Shown here piece by piece: positions 9,525 to 18,848 of a DNA stretch of 56,173 bases. The DNA is taken from positions 1 through 56,173 of the forward strand of contig SABI01000001.1 of NCBI GenBank assembly GCA_009929055.1, given 5' to 3'. The notes beneath the pieces are model-generated. The model had not been told where the DNA came from, did no database searches, and saw only the letters and a list, made by a program, of their open reading frames with translations. Position numbers and translations under genes: made by a program. The stretch comes from Spirochaetia bacterium. GTDB taxonomy: Bacteria > Spirochaetota > Spirochaetia > Sphaerochaetales > Sphaerochaetaceae. Within the stretch, counting starts at the first letter, position 1. Every line of letters starts with the position of its first letter.

Positions 9525-9549
9525 GGTAGTTCTTGCTATTAGAACTACC
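9525..9549. terminator. hairpin terminator shared by the lipoprotein operon (+) and tRNA-Cys (-)
   Basis: Perfect 9-bp stem GGTAGTTCT/AGAACTACC with a 7-nt loop. On the minus strand it is followed by TTTTTTATA (complement of 9516-9524); on the plus strand it is preceded by an A-run. Confidence 0.65.
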
Positions 9550-9551
9550 TA

Positions 9552-9623
9552 AGGTGCCGATCGGATTCGAACCGATGCATAGAGGTTTTGCAGACCTGTC
9601 CCTTACCACTTGGGTACGGCACC
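9552..9623 (-). tRNA. tRNA-Cys (anticodon GCA)
   Basis: The reverse complement folds by eye as a cloverleaf: acceptor GGTGCCG/CGGCACC, anticodon loop CTGCAAA, T-arm ATCGG-TTCGAAT-CCGAT. It is 72 nt and CCA is not encoded. Confidence 0.9.
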
Positions 9624-9751
9624 ATTTCAATAGGGAAGATACCACAAAAACACATCACAGTGCAACCCCATTATTATATATCATCATATTAAAGATAAGT
9701 TCAGTCTCTTAATATATGATTGTTTATCTATTAAACAATAGCGAAAGTTCA

Positions 9752-9780
9752 TTGACAATTGAAAAAACATTCATTATGAT
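9752..9780 (+). promoter_or_regulatory. sigma-70-type promoter of the DeoR operon
   Basis: TTGACA (9752-9757), 17-nt spacer, TATGAT (9775-9780), about 35 nt upstream of the deoR-like ATG. Confidence 0.55.
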
Positions 9781-9814
9781 TCAAAAAGATTCATATTAAG
9801 GTGGTGAGAATAGG

Positions 9815-10588
9815 ATGAGTGTCATACCAGCTGATCGACAAAGACAGATTATTGATATCATTAATCGAGATCAGGTTGTACAAGTACACGAACTTAGCAC
9901 CCTTTTTGAAGTAAGTGAATTAACTATTAGAAGAGACTTAGATCATTTAGCAAAAAGTGGATTAGTTGAAAGAACTCACGGAGGGGCAACTGTAAGGAGA
10001 ACTCTTCCAATAGAGCCTGCTTTCGCAGAAAAATCATTAGAACAGAGAGAAGAAAAAATACTTATCGCTCATAAAGCTGCTTCCTATATCAATGATGGAG
10101 ATACGGTCTTTATTAATAGTGGTTCTACTACCTATGAGGTGATAAAAGCATTAAAAGATAAACAAATAACTATAGTCACCAATAACATAGATGCAACACG
10201 GGTGTTACATGAAGGGGCTCTGTTCTCCCTTATTCTCCTTGGTGGAGTCTATAGGATGCGAAGTCATTCTGTTTCAGGGGCCTTTTCAAGTTCAGTAGTT
10301 AATCAAGTCTATGCTAATAAAGCAATCATTGGAGTTGATGGGTGTAGTGTCGCCTCTGGTCTAACGACCCCTGTTATTGAAGAGGCACAAACAACTAGAC
10401 AGATGATTGAACGTACTGTAGGACCGGTAATAGTAGTTGCAACAGGTAATAAAATTGGGGTTGTCTCGAACTATGTAACAGTTGGTATCGATGAAATCGA
10501 TATACTTATCACCGACGTAGGTGGAAAAAAGATGCTTTCGATGAAAGAATTTAATGAGAAAGAGATAGAATTAGTAATTGCTACTTAA
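9815..10588 (+). CDS. DeoR-family transcriptional regulator
   Basis: 257 aa. N-terminal HTH ELSTLFEVSELTIRRDLDHLAKSGLVERTHGGA, followed by a DeoR C-terminal sugar-phosphate-sensor-like domain. Confidence 0.85.
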   Translation: MSVIPADRQRQIIDIINRDQVVQVHELSTLFEVSELTIRRDLDHLAKSGLVERTHGGATVRRTLPIEPAFAEKSLEQREEKILIAHKAASYINDGDTVFINSGSTTYEVIKALKDKQITIVTNNIDATRVLHEGALFSLILLGGVYRMRSHSVSGAFSSSVVNQVYANKAIIGVDGCSVASGLTTPVIEEAQTTRQMIERTVGPVIVVATGNKIGVVSNYVTVGIDEIDILITDVGGKKMLSMKEFNEKEIELVIAT

Positions 10589-10611
10589 GCAAAACAAAAT
10601 GGAGGACTTAC

Positions 10612-11742
10612 ATGTCATACGCTGATGCTTACAAAGATTGTGCTTGGATGGATTTTGAAACATTAGAAAAATTCATGATAGATTCATTAATGGCCGTTGG
10701 CATTAATGAAACGGATGCAAAGATTATTGGGGATGTCTTAATAGAGAGTGATAAGAGGGGCATTGATTCTCATGGAATAGGTCGATTAAAACCAATTTAT
10801 ATTGATCGAATTAATATCGGAATAATGGATCCTGTCACCAACATTGAAGTTCTTAAAGATGATATGAGTACTGCAGTTCTTGATGGGCATAATGGAATGG
10901 GCCACGTTGTTGGTAAAAAAGCAATGGAAATGGCTATTGAAAAGGCTAAGAAGTATGGTACTGGAATGGTTGCTGTAAGAAATAGTAACCACTATGGAAT
11001 TGCTGGTTACTTTGCAACTATGGCGACCGATGCTGGTATGATTGGTATCACAGGAACTAATGCAAGGCCTTCTATAGCACCAACTTTTGGTGTTGAAAAC
11101 ATGATGGGTACAAACCCCCTCACCTTCGGTATTCCTACTGATGATCCATTTCCATTTGTATTAGACTGTGCAACAAGTGTTACCCAACGTGGTAAGATTG
11201 AAGTCTATGGAAGGGCTGGGAAGGAACTTCCTCCAGGGTGGGTAATTGGACATGATGGGTCAACTCGTACCGATACACAACAAGTCTTAAAAGATCTTAC
11301 CACAGGACAAGCAGCCCTTACTCCTTTAGGGGGAATTGGCGATCAAACTGGTGGGTATAAAGGGTTTGGGTATGCAATGGTAGTAGAAATTCTTTCGGCT
11401 GCATTACAAGATGGAGCTTTTATGAAGGAACTCAATGGGTTTGATGAAAACCACAAACCAATACCATATCCATTAGGGCATTTCTTTATTGCAATCGACC
11501 CTGCCCGTTTTATGGGTCTTGAAGTCTTTAAACGAGTTGCTGGAACTATTTGTCGACAAATTAGAGAATCAGAAAAAGCTCCTGGTGAAGATAGAATCTA
11601 TACTGCTGGAGAAAAAGAGTATGAAGCATTCCAATACAGATCTAAACATGGATGTCCTGTCCCTCCTAGTTTACAAAAAATGATGATTGAGCTTCGCGAT
11701 ACATATAAATTAAATTATTCATTCAATTTCGAGAAGAAATAA
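10612..11742 (+). CDS. Ldh2-family (malate/L-lactate/sulfolactate-type) NAD(P)-dependent dehydrogenase
   Basis: 376 aa. Contains [14 protein letters not shown] and [12 protein letters not shown] stretches typical of the Ldh_2 family. GGAGGA RBS. Confidence 0.7.
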   Translation: MSYADAYKDCAWMDFETLEKFMIDSLMAVGINETDAKIIGDVLIESDKRGIDSHGIGRLKPIYIDRINIGIMDPVTNIEVLKDDMSTAVLDGHNGMGHVVGKKAMEMAIEKAKKYGTGMVAVRNSNHYGIAGYFATMATDAGMIGITGTNARPSIAPTFGVENMMGTNPLTFGIPTDDPFPFVLDCATSVTQRGKIEVYGRAGKELPPGWVIGHDGSTRTDTQQVLKDLTTGQAALTPLGGIGDQTGGYKGFGYAMVVEILSAALQDGAFMKELNGFDENHKPIPYPLGHFFIAIDPARFMGLEVFKRVAGTICRQIRESEKAPGEDRIYTAGEKEYEAFQYRSKHGCPVPPSLQKMMIELRDTYKLNYSFNFEKK

Positions 11743-11755
11743 GGAGTTTATTACC

Positions 11756-13042
11756 ATGGATGTGTTAAAAGAAAAAGCATTACGCTACCATTGTCTTGAT
11801 GGAAAGCCTGGAAAAGTATCTGTTGTACCAACTAAACCGTGTGCAACAGCCGATGATTTATCTCTTGCTTATACCCCGGGTGTAGCAAAACCTGTACTCG
11901 AAATTGCTGAAAATCCAGAAGCAGCCTATACATATACCTCAAAGGGAAACTTGGTTGCAGTCATTTCTAATGGAACTGCGATTCTTGGGTTAGGAGATAA
12001 AGGACCTCTTGCTTCAAAACCAGTTATGGAAGGCAAAGGAGTCTTATTTAAAAGATTTGCTGATATCGACGTATTCGATATAGAATTAAATGAGAGAGAT
12101 CCTAAAAAGATAATTGAAATGGTTAAAGCTATGGAGCCTACCTTTGGGGGAGTAAACCTTGAAGATATAAAAGGGCCTGAATGTTTTGAAATAGAACAAG
12201 AGTTGATTAAGATATGCAACATCCCTATCTTCCATGATGATCAACATGGTACTGCAATTATTAGCACCGCAGGACTTATGAATGCTGCTGAAATTGTTGG
12301 AAAGAAGTTAAGTGAACTTAAGGTAGTTGTTAATGGGGCAGGAGCGGCAGGAATATCTTGTGCAAAAATGTTTGTTGCAGCAGGTGTCGATATTAATAAT
12401 ATTATAATGCTCGATAGCAAAGGGGTTATCTACAAGGGACGAAAAGAGACAATGACTAAAGAAAAGTTAGAGTTCGCCCGTGAAACCACGATGCGCACTT
12501 TAGAAGAAGCAATGGTAGGAGCTGATGTCTTTATGGGTCTTAGCGTTGCTGACTGTGTTACTCCTGATATGCTTAAATCAATGGCTAAAGACCCTGTTGT
12601 GTTTGCAATGAGTAATCCAAACCCTGAAATTTCTTATGAATTAGCTGTTGCTTCTCGTAGTGACTTAATTATGGCAACAGGACGAAGTGATTATCCTAAC
12701 CAAATTAACAACGTACTAGGTTTCCCATTCATCTTTAGAGGTGCCCTTGATGTAAGAGCTTCTACGATTACAGAAGGGATGAAAATGGCAGCAGCAAAAG
12801 CACTTGCTGAGCTTGCAAAAAAAGAAGTTCCTGAAATAGTAAGTAAAGCATATGGTGGAAGAAAATTCTCCTTTGGAAGAGACTATATTGTCCCTAAACC
12901 ATTTGATCCAAGGGTAATTAGTTATGAAGCTGTTGCTGTAGCAAAAGCTGCCTGTGAAGAGGGTGTTGCTAAAACTCCAATCACTGATTGGGTTGCTTAT
13001 GAGAAATCTTTAGTAGAAAGAATGGCCCCTTACTGGGTATAA
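11756..13042 (+). CDS. NAD(P)-dependent malic enzyme (short form, no PTA-like domain)
   Basis: 428 aa. Contains [31 protein letters not shown] (Rossmann) and ALDVRA motifs characteristic of bacterial malic enzymes. Confidence 0.9.
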   Translation: MDVLKEKALRYHCLDGKPGKVSVVPTKPCATADDLSLAYTPGVAKPVLEIAENPEAAYTYTSKGNLVAVISNGTAILGLGDKGPLASKPVMEGKGVLFKRFADIDVFDIELNERDPKKIIEMVKAMEPTFGGVNLEDIKGPECFEIEQELIKICNIPIFHDDQHGTAIISTAGLMNAAEIVGKKLSELKVVVNGAGAAGISCAKMFVAAGVDINNIIMLDSKGVIYKGRKETMTKEKLEFARETTMRTLEEAMVGADVFMGLSVADCVTPDMLKSMAKDPVVFAMSNPNPEISYELAVASRSDLIMATGRSDYPNQINNVLGFPFIFRGALDVRASTITEGMKMAAAKALAELAKKEVPEIVSKAYGGRKFSFGRDYIVPKPFDPRVISYEAVAVAKAACEEGVAKTPITDWVAYEKSLVERMAPYWV

Positions 13043-13050
13043 AAGAAATG

Positions 13051-13072
13051 AGCCACTCCAAACGGGGTGGCT
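13051..13072. terminator. bidirectional hairpin between convergent genes
   Basis: AGCCACTCC-AAAC-GGGGTGGCT forms a 9-bp stem (one G:U) lying between the stops at 13042 (+) and 13079 (-). Confidence 0.55.
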
Positions 13073-13078
13073 TAATTA

Positions 13079-13681
13079 TTACTTCTCTATATTCCAATTC
13101 TCTTTTAATTGCTCTTTTGCATTATTTAACGTTTGCTGAAATTGAGTAGATAACTGATTGTAGTTTTTTTGGAGAAACCCAATAAATTCTGGGTCTTGCT
13201 CCATTGATGAGTACGTTGCTCTTCCATATTGAGCTTCCATTTGTTGCTTCTTTTGATCAAATAAAGGTTTATATTGAGCTCTTGCCCTTTCGAGAAGATT
13301 ATCCCTTGAATCGAGATATTTTCCCATGAAGGTTCCTATTTGACTCAATAGTTCAACAGATTCACCCTCTTCTTTATCTATTAAAGCAGCAATATGTTGC
13401 ATTTTCACAACTCTCTCTTGGTAATCATCTCCTTGAGGGAGGGCAATATTTGCAAGAACCGTAAGGGCTAATCCCTTTTTTATGAGAGGTTTTTCAATTT
13501 CACTCTTCTTCTCAAAATTAGATTCGAGTGTTGAAAGAAGGGCATCAAGCTCTCCTAAATAGGCTCCAGCCATTCTCCTTCCTTCATCAATCAAATTATC
13601 TCTTCTAATCTTATCTGTATCTATTTCAATGTTTTCTGTTTTCTCTAACGCTATTTCCCAGGCAGATTTTAACAATGACAT
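13079..13681 (-). CDS. hypothetical 200-aa all-helical cytoplasmic protein
   Basis: Clean ORF with no signal peptide or TM segment, charged and helical composition, and no motif I recognise. Confidence 0.7.
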   Translation of the reverse strand: MSLLKSAWEIALEKTENIEIDTDKIRRDNLIDEGRRMAGAYLGELDALLSTLESNFEKKSEIEKPLIKKGLALTVLANIALPQGDDYQERVVKMQHIAALIDKEEGESVELLSQIGTFMGKYLDSRDNLLERARAQYKPLFDQKKQQMEAQYGRATYSSMEQDPEFIGFLQKNYNQLSTQFQQTLNNAKEQLKENWNIEK

Positions 13682-13769
13682 CTTTAATTCTCCTTAACAA
13701 CATACTTCACTCATTAAGATAACAGCCAATAGGTAAACAGACAAGGGAGAGTGGACGTAAAAGGGTATT

Positions 13770-14996
13770 TTGAGTAGTCTATATCATATGAAATTAACTA
13801 AGACTTTATTCCTAAGTGAACCCTATAGAAAAGAATTAGATGTGACTATCATTGATATAAAAGAGCACAAGAAGCACAAAGCTCTTATACTAGATTCTAC
13901 TATCTTTTATCCTGAAGGGGGTGGCCCTGAGGGAGATAGGGGCTTTATTGACGAAACATATATTGTTAATACAATCCATGGTGATGAAGGAGAGATTCTT
14001 CATGTAGTGGATCCTTCTTGTTCGTTAGAAATAGGAACTACGCATCACCTTAGATTAGATTGGGCCCATCGTTATCACTACATGGTGCAACATACTGCTC
14101 AGCACCTTATTAGTGGAATCCTTTTTACCTCTTTTGGCATTGATACCCTCTCTGTTCACTTAAGTGATACCTACATCGCAATAGAAACAGGAGAACCAGT
14201 CATAGATCAAGAGACTCTTTATCATATAGAAGATGAAGTAAACAGGGCAATAATTACAGGGGGGGCTACTCATACTAAGATAGTGAGTCAAGAAGATGTT
14301 CCCATTCTCAACCTGAGACGAAGTGTGAAAGTTGAAACGGATGTAAGAATTGTTTCTATAGAAGGGTATGATGAAATAGCCTGTGGTGGAGTCCATGTAG
14401 ACAATATTAGTGAACTTAATCGAGTGATGTATCTGATGAGTGAATCTATTAGAGGGCATGTTCGCCTCTTTTTCCTCGTCTCTGATATTGCGAAAGAAGA
14501 GATGCGGGGATACAAAGAAGTCGTTGATGAAATGAAAAATACTCTTTCTGTTCCTAGAGAGAGAATTATAGAACGAGTCAAAGAGAATCAACTTGAAATC
14601 GTCTCATTAAGAAGAGAAGTTCATCTGTATCAACAATCGATTATTGAACAAACACTTTCATCTTACATGAAAGGAAAAGAGACTCCTATTGTTATGATGG
14701 ATGTAAGTGAATATTCATTTGATGCCCTCAAAGTTCTCTCACACATCCTACTCGATGTCCCAAAGATTGTGCTATGTGCGATTAAAGAGCGGGATAAAGA
14801 GAATATGAATTACCTTATTTGCATTAAAGGGATAGAACATGAACAAGAGCTCTATGGTGAAATAAAACTGAAAGTATTACAATCTATTAAAGCAAAGGGG
14901 GGAGGAAAAGCTCCTCTCTGGCAAGGCATAGCACATAATAATAAAGAGATATTACGTGAAGTAGAAAAGGTGTGTAATCGAGTAATATATGGATAA
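13770..14996 (+). CDS. alaX: free-standing alanyl-tRNA editing protein (AlaX-L type, with DHHA1-like C-terminal domain)
   Basis: Zn-binding editing motifs HTAQHL and CGGVH. Length about 400 aa. The ORF-track start is TTG 13770; ATG 13788 (MKLTKTLF...) is an equally plausible start. Confidence 0.8.
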   Translation: MSSLYHMKLTKTLFLSEPYRKELDVTIIDIKEHKKHKALILDSTIFYPEGGGPEGDRGFIDETYIVNTIHGDEGEILHVVDPSCSLEIGTTHHLRLDWAHRYHYMVQHTAQHLISGILFTSFGIDTLSVHLSDTYIAIETGEPVIDQETLYHIEDEVNRAIITGGATHTKIVSQEDVPILNLRRSVKVETDVRIVSIEGYDEIACGGVHVDNISELNRVMYLMSESIRGHVRLFFLVSDIAKEEMRGYKEVVDEMKNTLSVPRERIIERVKENQLEIVSLRREVHLYQQSIIEQTLSSYMKGKETPIVMMDVSEYSFDALKVLSHILLDVPKIVLCAIKERDKENMNYLICIKGIEHEQELYGEIKLKVLQSIKAKGGGKAPLWQGIAHNNKEILREVEKVCNRVIYG

Positions 14997-15600
14997 AAAC
15001 TCTTTAAAGAAGTTTACTACTTCTTCTTATTTTAAGCTTGATGGAAGTATTGATTGGAAGAATATCGTTAAAAAGGCGATTGTCCTTATCTCTGTATTTC
15101 TCTTATTCTTTATATTGCTGTTTTTTTTCTTGAAGCCTCAAATGCAATTTCTTGCAATGTGGATTACTGAGACCCTAGGGTATCAGGGGGTGTTTTTATA
15201 CACCCTTATTGTCGATATGTTCATCCTACCACTTACCGTAGATTTAATATTTCCTTTTGTTACTCACTACAATACAGTTGAAGTCTTATTTGTAATTTCG
15301 ATTGCTTCGGCCATTGGTGGTATGGGGGGGTATTTAATAGGAAGATTATTAGGGCATTTAAAAATTATAAGGATATTTACTTCAGGATTTACCCACGATG
15401 GCGAGCATCTTATTAGAAAATATGGGGTATGGGCGGTAGTTATTGCAGCTATTACTCCAATCCCCTTTTCAACAATATGTTGGATGAGTGGAATGGTTAA
15501 AGTCCCTTTTTGGTATGTAGCACTTGCAACTCTCGCCCGCTTTCCCAGGATGATTCTTTACTACGCAGCGGTACAAGCTGGTCTTATGATAATTCTTTAA
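14989..15600 (+). CDS. integral membrane protein, VTT/DedA-YqaA-like
   Basis: 203 aa with about 5 hydrophobic helices. Its ATG overlaps the alaX stop by 8 nt. The family call is tentative. Confidence 0.55.
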   Translation: MDKNSLKKFTTSSYFKLDGSIDWKNIVKKAIVLISVFLLFFILLFFFLKPQMQFLAMWITETLGYQGVFLYTLIVDMFILPLTVDLIFPFVTHYNTVEVLFVISIASAIGGMGGYLIGRLLGHLKIIRIFTSGFTHDGEHLIRKYGVWAVVIAAITPIPFSTICWMSGMVKVPFWYVALATLARFPRMILYYAAVQAGLMIIL

Positions 15601-16999
15601 TTTTATCGTTAATCTTATTAGAAAGAGCTTTTGCCCTTAGGGGAGCATCTCCTACATAGTCTTTTGCATCAAGGAGAGAGATAATAGTTTTTGCATCAAG
15701 AAAGGAAAGAATTTCTTTATCAGTAGTCATTAATTCTAAAAGGGGATTAGCTTTCCCACTTTGAACCTCACTCCAAGCTGTAAGAGAGTGTTCTCTAATT
15801 CTTTCATGCATTACTTGTCTATCTGCCCCTTTTTTTCCTAGTGCCATAAGAACTTTCTCTGTTGCAGCGAAAGGACCATAGGTATCGAGGTTTCGTTTGA
15901 TAGTGGAGTAGTGAAAATTAAGTCCACTTATAAGTTTTATTGAGGTTTGTAATACTTCATCACACGTAAGAAATAGTTCTGGAATTACTATCCTTCTATT
16001 AGCTGAGTCATCAAGAGTCCTCTCTAACATCATAGAGGCACTATTGTTCCAAAGAACCTCTACTTGAGAAGAGGCATAGCGGCAAAGAGAATCTATTTTT
16101 TCACTATTAATAGGATTTCTTTTAAAAGGCATTGCAGAAGAGCCTACTTGCTTAGAGGCAAATGGTTCACTCCACTCTCCAATAGGAGGGCTCATGAGGA
16201 GTCTGATATCGAGGGCTGCTTTGGAAAGTGTTGCACATAATGAAGAGAGAACTGTTCCTATACGGTAATCTTGCTTTCGTGTATACACTTGGGTAGCTAC
16301 ATCAAAAGATTCAAGGCCAATTTCGTTCATTACATATGTTTCAAATTCAAGAGAACTCATCGAAGAGCCTTCTAACAGTGCCATATAGGAAGCACTTGTT
16401 CCGACAGCCCCTTTAATCCCTTTTCCTTTTAATCGTAATGAAAGAGCCCTTATATCTTCTAGGTCATCAAGTAAATCTTGTCCAATTTGGCTTAATCGAT
16501 ACCCTATGGTAGTGGGCTCAGCGGGTTGTATATGGGTGAATGCCATACAAGAAGTCTCACTTTCTTCCATTATTCTCTTACTAAGAATTGATAGGAGAGA
16601 AAGAAGAGACTTTTCTATAAGAGAGAGAGCTTGTTTTTGCCGTATCACATCCATGTTATCTAACACATCCATACTCGTAGCACCTAGGTGGATTATCTTT
16701 CCACCAATGGTGCATTGCTCTGCATATGTTTTGATTTCAGCCATGAGGTCGTGATGTATCTCTTTCTCTATTTCACTAGCACGGTCTATGTCAATATCAT
16801 CTTTATGGGCAATAAGGTCTTCTACTTGAGAGAGTGATACTAAGTTTGCCTTCATCTGTCCCTTAGCGATTGCTATCCAGATAGTTCGTAAGAGTTTCCT
16901 TTTATGAACTTCACTATAGATACTTCGCATCTCTAGAGTTCCATAGCGCCAGGTGAAGGGGGAGATGAAAGAGGTATGATCAAAATTAGCACTCATCAT
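15584..16999 (-). CDS. purB: adenylosuccinate lyase
   Basis: Fumarate-lyase signature GSSAMPFKRNP. I place the start at ATG 16999 (AAGGA RBS 6 nt upstream, 7 nt after the purA stop) rather than the ORF-track 17029. Confidence 0.9.
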   Translation of the reverse strand: MMSANFDHTSFISPFTWRYGTLEMRSIYSEVHKRKLLRTIWIAIAKGQMKANLVSLSQVEDLIAHKDDIDIDRASEIEKEIHHDLMAEIKTYAEQCTIGGKIIHLGATSMDVLDNMDVIRQKQALSLIEKSLLSLLSILSKRIMEESETSCMAFTHIQPAEPTTIGYRLSQIGQDLLDDLEDIRALSLRLKGKGIKGAVGTSASYMALLEGSSMSSLEFETYVMNEIGLESFDVATQVYTRKQDYRIGTVLSSLCATLSKAALDIRLLMSPPIGEWSEPFASKQVGSSAMPFKRNPINSEKIDSLCRYASSQVEVLWNNSASMMLERTLDDSANRRIVIPELFLTCDEVLQTSIKLISGLNFHYSTIKRNLDTYGPFAATEKVLMALGKKGADRQVMHERIREHSLTAWSEVQSGKANPLLELMTTDKEILSFLDAKTIISLLDAKDYVGDAPLRAKALSNKINDKIKELS

Positions 17000-17006
17000 A
17001 TAATCC

Positions 17007-18275
17007 TTAACGTATAATAATTTGGTCACGCTCTGGCCCTACTGAAATAAATTTCACAGGGGCACCGGTGAGCTCACCAAGACGATTAATATAAGCTTGG
17101 GCTTTTGGTGGGAGTTCTTCCCAAGTTCGTGCGTTTTCGGTACTTGTGAGCCACCCTTCCCACTCTTCATATACTGGGATGGCCCTTTCTTGACCAGCTG
17201 TATCAGGAAGATCTGTTACCAATTCTCCATCTACCATATAGCCAGTACATACTTTCAATGTTTCAAAAGAGTCGAGGATGTCGAGTTTTGTTACAGCAAG
17301 GGAGGTAAATCCATTCACCCAGCAACTAAAAGAAGCTGCTACTGCATCAAACCAACCACATCTTCTAGGTCGCCCTGTTGTTGCTCCAAATTCTGATCCA
17401 ACTGTTCGTAGTTTCTCTCCATCAGCGTCGAGTAATTCTGTTGGAAATGGGCCACCACCAACTGAAGTTGAATAGACTTTGAGTACCCCTAAGATTTCAT
17501 CAATACGTCTTGGAGAAATTCCAGCACCATTTGAAGCGCCACCAGCTGTTGGGTTACTGCTTGTAGTATATGGGTAAATCCCCCAATCGAGGTCTCTCAT
17601 AATACCAAGTTGTCCTTCGAGGACGACATTTTTTTTAGAAAGAATTGCTTTTTTTACAAGAGGGAGAGTGTCGATAATTTTCTCACCATAACGATCTCTC
17701 CACTTACTGCAAAGATTCATCAAATCTTCAATAGTTACTTCTTCAATACCGTAGTAGCTTAGTTGCCTATTTTTTTGGGGGAGCATCATTTCTAAGCGAA
17801 CCCTTAATCTTTCTGGGTCTAAAATGTCTGCTGCTCTAATACCAACCCTGTTTGCTTTGTCGCTATAACAAGGGCCAATACCTCTTTTAGTAGTACCAAC
17901 TGCCCAACCACTTTTCTTACTTGCCTCTTCAGCTCCATCTAATAAACAGTGAAAGGGGAGGATAAGGTGAGCTCTGCGATCAATAAAAAGATTATCGACA
18001 GATACACCAGCCGCTTTAACTGTGTCGAGTTCTACACTCATCGTGTCAAAATTTACTACAGTTCCAGCTCCAACTATGCATACAGTTTTTGGATTAAAGA
18101 TTCCAGAAGGAACTATATGGAGGGCAAATTTACCTTTGTCATTAATAACAGTATGTCCTGCATTGTCGCCACCTTGAAAGCGAATAACCATTTCAGCTTT
18201 TTGTGCTAAATAGTCAACAACACGACCTTTTCCTTCATCACCCCACTGGGCTCCTACAATTGCTGTTACACTCAT
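17007..18275 (-). CDS. purA: adenylosuccinate synthetase
   Basis: N-terminal P-loop GAQWGDEGKGRVVD plus the GTTKRGIGP and GATTGRPRRCGW motifs. Confidence 0.95.
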   Translation of the reverse strand: MSVTAIVGAQWGDEGKGRVVDYLAQKAEMVIRFQGGDNAGHTVINDKGKFALHIVPSGIFNPKTVCIVGAGTVVNFDTMSVELDTVKAAGVSVDNLFIDRRAHLILPFHCLLDGAEEASKKSGWAVGTTKRGIGPCYSDKANRVGIRAADILDPERLRVRLEMMLPQKNRQLSYYGIEEVTIEDLMNLCSKWRDRYGEKIIDTLPLVKKAILSKKNVVLEGQLGIMRDLDWGIYPYTTSSNPTAGGASNGAGISPRRIDEILGVLKVYSTSVGGGPFPTELLDADGEKLRTVGSEFGATTGRPRRCGWFDAVAASFSCWVNGFTSLAVTKLDILDSFETLKVCTGYMVDGELVTDLPDTAGQERAIPVYEEWEGWLTSTENARTWEELPPKAQAYINRLGELTGAPVKFISVGPERDQIIIR

Positions 18276-18278
18276 TCT

Positions 18279-18827
18279 TTACTCCTTCCCCGCTTTGGCA
18301 TATTCTGTGAGCATTAATTGCTCATTTCTATCATGATCGGTAATGTCATCGGCATCCCATGGGTATTTAATCCAAAGGTCATCAATTTCAATCCCTGCAA
18401 AATACCGAGTTATCTCTTTTGGAAATTCTGCATCCTTTGCTTTCTTTTTATTATGTAACACTAAAACCGCTATCTCTTTTGGGTCATTAGTAAGTAACTC
18501 TCTTACACAATAGCTTAAGGTAGCCCGAGTGTCATCAACTTCATCAATTAATAAGACCTTCTTTCCTTTAAGTTGTTTTTCTGTTTGATCAATCCATTGA
18601 ATTTTCTGGGGATGTGTTGTGTGTTTTTGATCTAAATTGTAATACGAAATTCCAACTGCCAAAATTGGGCGGTTAATAAAGGTTTTCATTATTCGTGCAG
18701 GAATAAAACCACCAGAACCAATTGCAACAATTACATCTGGATCAAACCCAGAGGCCATAAGGCGGTGAGCAAGTGATTTCACGAGCTTGTGGATAGAATT
18801 ATATCCAACGTAATACTTGTCGTCCAT
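18279..18827 (-). CDS. purine phosphoribosyltransferase, Gpt/yeast-Hpt1-like
   Basis: 182 aa. PRPP motif VLLIDEVDDTRATL. The N-terminus (YYVGYNSIHKLVKSLAHRLM) and WIKYPWD resemble E. coli Gpt, from memory. Confidence 0.7.
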   Translation of the reverse strand: MDDKYYVGYNSIHKLVKSLAHRLMASGFDPDVIVAIGSGGFIPARIMKTFINRPILAVGISYYNLDQKHTTHPQKIQWIDQTEKQLKGKKVLLIDEVDDTRATLSYCVRELLTNDPKEIAVLVLHNKKKAKDAEFPKEITRYFAGIEIDDLWIKYPWDADDITDHDRNEQLMLTEYAKAGKE

Positions 18828-18848
18828 TTTGTTTCCTTTTGAAATTAA

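Noticed and set aside
14160-14591. Long antisense ORFs inside annotated genes: 14160-14591 and 14288-14581 in alaX, 25008-25397 in purH, 41303-41692 in thyX, 2197-2499 in GH36, 3587-3883, 17097-17396, 29370-29690, 32806-33105.
   Set aside because: All lie entirely within, and opposite to, genes with strong family motifs. They lack RBS-like sequences, and their translations are low-complexity and hydrophobic, as expected from the reverse frames of AT-rich genes.
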